Shown here: positions 57,360-64,000 of the stretch, piece after piece
How the letters are laid out: each line of letters opens with the position of its first letter
Position numbering within the stretch: position 1 is the first letter of the stretch
NCBI GenBank assembly: GCA_950097015.1
Contig: CATNEN010000031.1
Location: 1,550,001-1,614,000 of the forward strand
Length of the DNA stretch: 64,000 nt
Source: Macrostomum hystrix
Lineage: Eukaryota > Animalia > Platyhelminthes
Reading direction: 5' to 3'
Translations under genes and position numbers: made by a program
The notes under the pieces: model-generated
What the model was told of the DNA's origin: nothing
The model's input: the letters and a program-made list of their open reading frames with translations, nothing else
Database searches by the model: none

Positions 57360-58228
57360 CACGTAGATATACCACGGAGGGATTTCAAATACCCATATTT
57401 TCGTTTTTTTCGTATCTCCTAAAATATCCAACGTCACAAATGTTGTTTTCCGCGCACGAAATTTCACCATGTAACCAAGTCGGCTTTTATTGCTACTTAT
57501 ATTATATATTTTATATTGCTAATTATTATATTATTGAACCAATATCCATTCGCCACAGAGGTTCATACAGAACAGTGTCAGCTGTCCTTGTCACCAGGGT
57601 CTCGACAAGAATCGCTGATTATCTCAACAGTGTCGCTGATTAGCCCGTTTTTATACCAAGGGGGGGGGATTTCCCCCCCTCCTGAGAACATTTTTTTGGC
57701 AGCACCTGAAAGCTAACCGCGTAGGGTGGTGACTGATTGGTTGACAGACTAGGCGATGGTGTCCTGTAGTTGAGCTGCGCACTCGTATTTAGGCTTCAGC
57801 AGTGAAATTTTAGAAATTCGCGTCAGGGTGTCCAGAGTGGCCTATTTCCACATTTTTTGCATTTGAAGGTCCCGCAGTCCGTCTAGATAAAGGTAGGTGA
57901 CCACCAAAGACGGAGATCATGCAAGCACATTCGGGTGACATGCTGATAAAGTTTGAAGGTCTGGAAAGGCCGCACTGAGGCGCAGTGCAAATTCGTGTAT
58001 AGGGGTGTATGAAATACACTGGCTCTTATGGGAAAAATCGGACCTTCGGCCAGAAAAATTGAATATCTCAACGGTCTGAAGAGCTGGCGACTTGTTTCTT
58101 ATTTTAGAAGATACGCAACAAAAAGTTGGCCCGTGTTCTTGAGTTTCGTGTGTTTGCATTGTTCCGTTCGGGTGCAGCAAAAAAACTTGTCAGGGGGGAA
58201 ATTCCCCCCCCCCTTGGTAGTTCTACTG
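57360..58228. mobile_element. Composite TTAA-flanked MITE (family 2 left part + family 1 body and right end)
   Basis: TTAA at 57356-59 and 58229-32. 57645-58228 aligns with 15105-15666; 57360-57640 shares gatttcaaatacc, gtcggcttttatt and gacaagaatcgctga with family 2 copies. Confidence 0.65.
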
Positions 58229-58544
58229 TTAAATGTGGAAAATTTTCGATAAAGAAGCTGTAAATAATTCAGAGGACGTTCAAATGTCAAAATTTAGTTG
58301 AAAACCAAACGAATAAAATTTATTTAGTAAAATAAAAATTCAAATTTATAAGAAATTTCAATCTGCGTTCGTCGTGGCCTAGAATATCTTTCTAGGAAAA
58401 TGTCATGCAGGCGCACGCACCATTATTATGTCAATACATTATTTTATTAGAACAAAGTTTTTGTACGACTATAGGCATAATGAGTGATGAAACACGTGTA
58501 GAGACAATTAAAACTAAGAGTCACTATTGGTTCGACAGCTGTTG

Positions 58545-61500
58545 TCAGTTGGAAATCACCGCCTTGTAGACACTCTCCAGGCCTGCCTCAACAGTCCTGA
58601 AAAATGGCATCATGCAGTCAATGAAATCAAGGATCTGATGCAACTGGTCTGTCAGTGGGTAGCCGCAATACTTGCCTCTGCTCGGACTGCAGCCACTGCA
58701 GTTCATGAGATCGATGTCTGAGTAGTGACTGCAGGTATAGGATCTGCTTGTCCAGCTGTTCTCGTTTCCCTTGACTTGTCTTCAGCAGGTCAGCAAACCT
58801 GAATGGGAATAATCAGGAAAATGCTTTATTTACTCGGCAAATATTCGCTGTGGCACAGCACCGTGCACTTGGGTCACCTGTATTTCTCACCTTCTGATGA
58901 CATACTCGAATTTGACAGTCAGATTCGGTAGCTTCTAAAAATATTTTTAGTTGAAAGTGTAAAACATTTATAGCATTTATAGTACGTATAGCACTTAATT
59001 ATTTATTATTTGTTTGTTTGCTCGTTTGATTGCTAGCTTGTTCATTTTTAGATTATGTTGTTAGCATCGTTTTTTAAGTAAGTATACTCAAAGTAAGTAA
59101 AAACTCAGTAGTCGATTTTAGTTTTTAAAAAAGCCACAAAGTTGGTGAGAAGATTTTATGCAAGAAAAAAATATATATAGATGTTAAAAGCGTAAGCAGA
59201 AAAACAAATTCGCTTCGATCGAAATTCGACGCATGTTCGTACATTCAGAGACTCCTCATCGAACTGCCAATTTTAAAGGAGTCGATTGATAATTAAACTA
59301 AACAAATAGTTACAGTTAAAAATATGTTAAAAACATGCTTACAGTGCTATCCGCCAGTAGTACTGTTGGTACATTCGAATTTCAATTCACCAACAAGGTA
59401 GTCGATTAGTGTCGTGAGATCTGACTCCATGTAGTTGAGCTGCGGTTTGAATGTGTTTTTTAAGAGACAAAATTTAAACTGAGATTGACGCAGAATAGAA
59501 TACTTTTTAGGGTGCCTGTTCAGACAACAAAAACCTAACTCGACGTCACCTGATTGGACAACACCCACCCCACATCCGTGCCACCGGATTGGACAATACT
59601 CACCCTACACTGCGTCACCGGATTGGACAACCCTATCTAACTCGATGTCAACTGGCTGGACAACACCCACCCCACTCCGCGTCACCGGATTGGACAATAC
59701 TCACCCTACACTGCGTCACCGGATTGGACAATACTCACCACAATCCGAGTCACCTGATTGGAAAACACCCACCCCACTGCATATCACCAATCAGACAGCA
59801 CCCACCTCACTGCCAGCTGGTTGGGCGTTTAACCATTTAGCTTTCTAGGTATTTAGAAAAAATTAATTTTACGAAATCGCCTCCAACCTTTTTCTTGCAG
59901 GTATCCAACTCGGCTTGAAGATCGGATGCCTAAGTTTAGGAAAAAATGAATCAGGTTTAGAAATTTGCAAGAACTTTCAGTGGATTGCAATAATAGTAAA
60001 TGCACTCACAGCTGCAACCACGGACTCCAGATGACTTTGCACTTTTGATTGCTTCTTGGCCAGCTTTTGTAGCTGCGAGCTCTCCTTGTGTCGGATTCTA
60101 AAGGCACAATAATTATTGTATTATCAAGTGACAAAGTCTGGGAGTTGTACTTTTAGGCGCCTTACTGCAGGCTAGTCCTGAGCTCTGCGACTTCGATTCG
60201 CAGCCTGTCGCGCTCGGCAGCAGCGTCTGACATCGACTGGAGGAGATGGACTTTCTCTCGCTCCGATTTCTGAGGACAACATGGGATATTTGCCTCATTT
60301 TGTCCAATTTAGCTGGCAGAAGTGGTCAGTGACCCACTCCGATTACCTGGCAGAGGGGTCAGGGACCTACTCATGTATACTCTACCTGCAGCTGGTGCAT
60401 GAGCTCCTCGTTGGCTCGGGCAAACTCGTCCCGAGTATCCTGCAGCTCCTTACTGAGCGATCGCATGCAGTCAACGGTCTTCATGTCACCGGCTTCTCGC
60501 TCCAACGCCGCAGCCTGGTACTTGCTCTTCGCCTCGCTTAGCCTGCCGTGAAGGCCGTCAAAGTCGGAGCGAGCCTGGACGCTCTCAGCCGCCAGCTCTT
60601 CGATGCGCAGCTTCAGCCGGGCGACTGAAGCGAGGTCAGGCAACCGGTTGATTTGGTTGATGATAAAATATGACAGCCGGAGTAGGCAATTCTGCCCATT
60701 TCGCTGACTTCCTGAGCGAACGCGCACACAGGCACCGTACGCAGGCATACGCTCACACAGCAGGTTGTATACATCTGCTCTGACTTTCTCATCGTCAGGA
60801 AGTGTACATTTCACTGTGCCTTGGAGGTTGGCCCCTCAAGGGCGTAAATTGCACGACAAGCCCCGAAGCCTTCTCTCTGCGGCTGCGCCCCAAATGAATG
60901 TGGCCTCGCTGCGGAATCGAGCTCAGGGACCTTGGTGCGAGAGGCAAACTCGTTAGAGGCGCATCCAAAGTCTGCTTTTAATCCTTCATCGAAAGTCAAA
61001 CTCAAATCAGATTCGAGCGTCTATCCCGAGCCCTACCTTCGTGCTGTAATTGGCTGGCCATCAAGCTGCTTGCCTCTCTCATCCTTAATAAACAGTAGAA
61101 AGACGGTGTTTCAAATACCCACATTTCCTTTTTCTTTATCTCCCAAAATATTTATCGCCACAAAAATGCAGAACACGTGCTAAAATTGTCCACTTCATCC
61201 AATGAAACAACTTCCAGAATAAAAAACTTCGGCATCGTCGATATATTCAATGATTCTTGTGGTGTCTGTTGGCAAAAGACCACCAATATCGGCAAAATGT
61301 TTTTGCTCACACAATTTCATCATTTAACCTTTAAATTGAATTGTTACTTTTTGAACCAATGCGAGTATGGATTCGCCATAGAAGGTTATGCAGAGCAATT
61401 TTAATTGTTCTTGTCACTAGAGTCTTCGACAAGAATCGCTGAATATCTAGACGATGCTGACGCCGCACGGCTTTAAAACTAAGTTCATCGTATTTGAAAT

Positions 61501-63759
61501 ACCCACGTAGTCTTTCCCCAGGGGAAATTTTACAGGGGAAGTGTTTAGTATTAAGATCTCTCCGACTATTGAAAGATACTGAAAGCCAAGAAGATCACCC
61601 TCGGTCAGGTAGTCCCTCTGCGCCGCCCTGGCCTTGTCCTGCTGCACACTGAGCTGGCAGATGAGCAGCTGGTTCTCTTCCAGCACCAGACGAGCCTGTT
61701 CAACGAACACGGCCCAGTCAGTGAGGTGCGGCGGCTCGTCTAGCTGCTGACCAGCGGCCGACTCGCTCAGCTTGACTCGAAGCCGCTCGTTCTCGCGCAC
61801 AACGCCGAGCATCCGAGCCTCGACGTCTAGCAGACGATCCTCCATAGAGTTTCCATTAGCAACCGGCGAAGCTGTGGTGGCGGCGCTCAGCCGGTCCTCG
61901 TAGGCGGCCATGAGCGGAGCGAAGATGTGCGGCTCGCACAGCCAGGGCGGCAGCGGCCCCTTGCCTGGCAGGATCAGGGTCTTTCGCTGTGGAATTGTGA
62001 TTGTGATTTTATGGCTTTCAGCTTTGCGGGAAATTATGGTGAGATCGTCTGGCAGACACTCCTACGGTCGTTTTTTTTTTATCCGGAATTTAGAAGTGCT
62101 TCTTTCATTTTCTCATGTTTAACCTTCTACGTTCTATTTCTTCGACCATATTCTGACGTCAGTTAATTAAATTTTTCCTACTTACTATAAAATAAAATTA
62201 CTCACCTTCGATTCATCGACGTCGCCCTGACGCGGCGCGCTCAACAACCTACTGAGCTCCGAGGTCAGTCGCCGCACCGTCCTCTTCAGCGACTGAATGT
62301 CAGAGGCATCAGCGTAGCCCGAGTGACTCCGGCCGCTTTTCGAGCTTCGAGCTGTCGACTGACCAGCTGACACGGTGATGAGGATGGACGCCAGTGGTTT
62401 AATGGGGCGCCACTACCAGGAGGGGAGCGCCACTACCAGGACGTGAGCGCCACTACCAGGACGGGAGTGCCACTGCCAGGACGGGAGCGCCACTACCAGG
62501 AGGGGAGCTCCACTACCAGGACGGGAGCGCCACTACCAGGACGAGGTCGCCACTACCAGGACGGGAGCGCCACTACCAGGACGGGAGCGCCACTACCAGG
62601 ACGGGGGTGCCACTACCAGGACGGGGGGCGCCACTACGAGGACGGGAGCGCCACTACCAGGAGGGGAGTGCCACTGCCAGAACTGGAGCGCCACTACCAG
62701 GAGGGGAGCTCCACTACCAGGACGGGAGCGCCACTACCAGAACGGGAGCGCAACTACCAGGACGGGAGCGCCACTACCAGGACGGGAGCGCAACTACCAG
62801 GACGGGAGCGCCACTACGAGGACGGGGGTGCCACATAGGTTCGTCAGCCGATTGGAGTGAGGGCTACCCCCTGGCTACGCCCCTGCCGCCTGGCTCAATC
62901 TAAAGTAATATCTTTCTTATAGGATTAGTTTCTCTAATTTGCAACTTACTGGCTGCATTAGATTCCTTTACAGTCTCCCTTGCCAACTGGCTGTCGGCGA
63001 CGTCTACGTCGGCCATAAGATTTCCGAGCTGACTCAGGGCGGCGGCGTCGCGTTTGCCGGAGTCCCGTGGCGGCGACCGATCCGACTCAACTGATGCGAT
63101 GGAGAGCCCTTCGTCTTGCTTTACGCTTCGATGCGTTCGCTAGAGAAAAAAGGAAGAAACAAAAAATGTATTATTATTCCCGAGTAGATTAGAAACGAAT
63201 CAACAGAATCGCTCACCTGTTCATCAGAGTCTCTGGTGATGGCAGCTTGGGCTTCATTAAAAACTGAAAAAAGAAAATTAACTTGCAAGGCATCAATAAA
63301 AACCACAAATTTTATCGTCAATCTAGATTACTGAACTGAGCTAATCTCATACAATAAAACGAACTGAATGTACTGGATGTAATTATCAATCTCGTTGTTA
63401 TATACTCACCAACACTCTGAATGACATCTTCCACTGGTAAAGAAACTTCCGTCTTGTTTTCAGATAAACTGGCGCCCTGAATTTCCAGCTCATTGTTCGC
63501 CTTGACCCCGTTTGTCGTTTGAGCGACAGTGGATTTTGGAATTCTTACGGATCTATAAGGATTAGAAATCATAAATATTAATGATTTTGATCTATGCAAT
63601 AAAGTTGTGCAGACAGAGAAGCAAATCATGCTACATATAAAAATAGTCTGCATATGGCACATGCCTGTTTTTATTATCAAATCTTGAATGATCCACAAAT
63701 TCTTCAATCGGCTCGGGTACATCCATAGCATGTTCGGCATTTTTCGTCTCTTGTCCCTC
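58545..63759 (-). CDS. CEP89: Centrosomal protein CEP89 (CCDC123), 5'-incomplete
   Basis: complement join(63665-63759,63410-63552,63217-63263,62950-63139,62206-62366,61599-61986,60386-60624,60166-60269,60010-60097,59888-59929,58891-58934,58676-58798,58545-58596) = 1716 nt in frame. [12 protein letters not shown] and [24 protein letters not shown] match recalled CEP89. The small 3' exons are less certain. Confidence 0.82.
59545..59790. repeat. Intronic minisatellite, about 34-bp unit gtcaccggattggacaatactcaccctacactgc, 7 copies
   Basis: Degenerate tandem repetition. Confidence 0.85.
60675..60950 (-). mobile_element. SINE family A copy
   Basis: ggcaattctgcccatttcgctgac..ctgactttctcatcgtcagg..gtggcctcgctgcggaatcgagctc. 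Confidence 0.85.
61093..61520. mobile_element. MITE-like element, family 2
   Basis: Inverted tttcaaatac (61109) / gtatttgaaa (61490); left end cagtagaaag; internal tggcaaaagaccaccaatat matches the reverse complement of about 3680-3700. Confidence 0.55.
62409..62835. repeat. Intronic minisatellite, 20-bp unit actaccaggacgggagcgcc, about 21 copies
   Basis: Direct tandem repetition in a CEP89 intron. Confidence 0.94.
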
Positions 63760-64000
63760 CTGCAAAAACCGACAGTTTATTATTTAAAAAATGAAGAACT
63801 ATAAACTATAAGAACATAAAACTTTATACTCACATTACTTTTTAATGCTGCACGAGAATTTTCCTTTGTCATGCAACTCAGTGGGAAAAAGTTAAGCTTC
63901 TGTCTGAACTGAAATGACATTTTTATTGAGAAAATTCGCGATACTTTTTATAGAGGTCAGAATCAAACCCTGAATTCCTGAAATCCAAATTGAAAATCAC

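Noticed and set aside
59347-59450. Extra or alternative terminal CEP89 exon [16 protein letters not shown]
   Set aside because: It has a plausible acceptor, but the gene chains in frame without it and I see no homology; left out pending RNA evidence.
62443-62903. [20 protein letters not shown]-repeat ORFs
   Set aside because: Translations of a 20-bp array on the strand opposite CEP89, inside its intron.

Overview
Eukaryotic (invertebrate animal) genomic DNA with spliced genes; GC-rich low-complexity exons and minisatellite-filled introns suggest a Macrostomum-like flatworm, but I cannot verify the organism. Exons were chained by hand from splice sites and reading-frame phase. Genes: a RING + TRAF-type zinc-finger gene (+, start exon not found), KCMF1 (+), RALBP1 (-, with two Ral-binding-like repeats), WDR13 (-), a RING/B-box/coiled-coil/NHL gene nested antisense in WDR13 intron 3, a 21-exon ~2,200-aa coiled-coil gene (PMFBP1-like, +), a 114-aa Cys-rich single-pass membrane ORF (-), and the 3' part of CEP89 (-). 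Mobile DNA: an internally deleted Tc1 (DD34E) element, a Crypton-like tyrosine recombinase, two tRNA-derived SINE families (12 and about 5 copies) and TTAA-flanked MITEs. About 20% of the window is tandem repeat. The best leads are donor-proximal intronic minisatellites, three predicted GC-AG introns among about 50, the duplicated RALBP1 domain, and the orphan Cys-rich protein. No clearly new biological system is demonstrated. Protein family assignments come from recalled motifs, not database searches.
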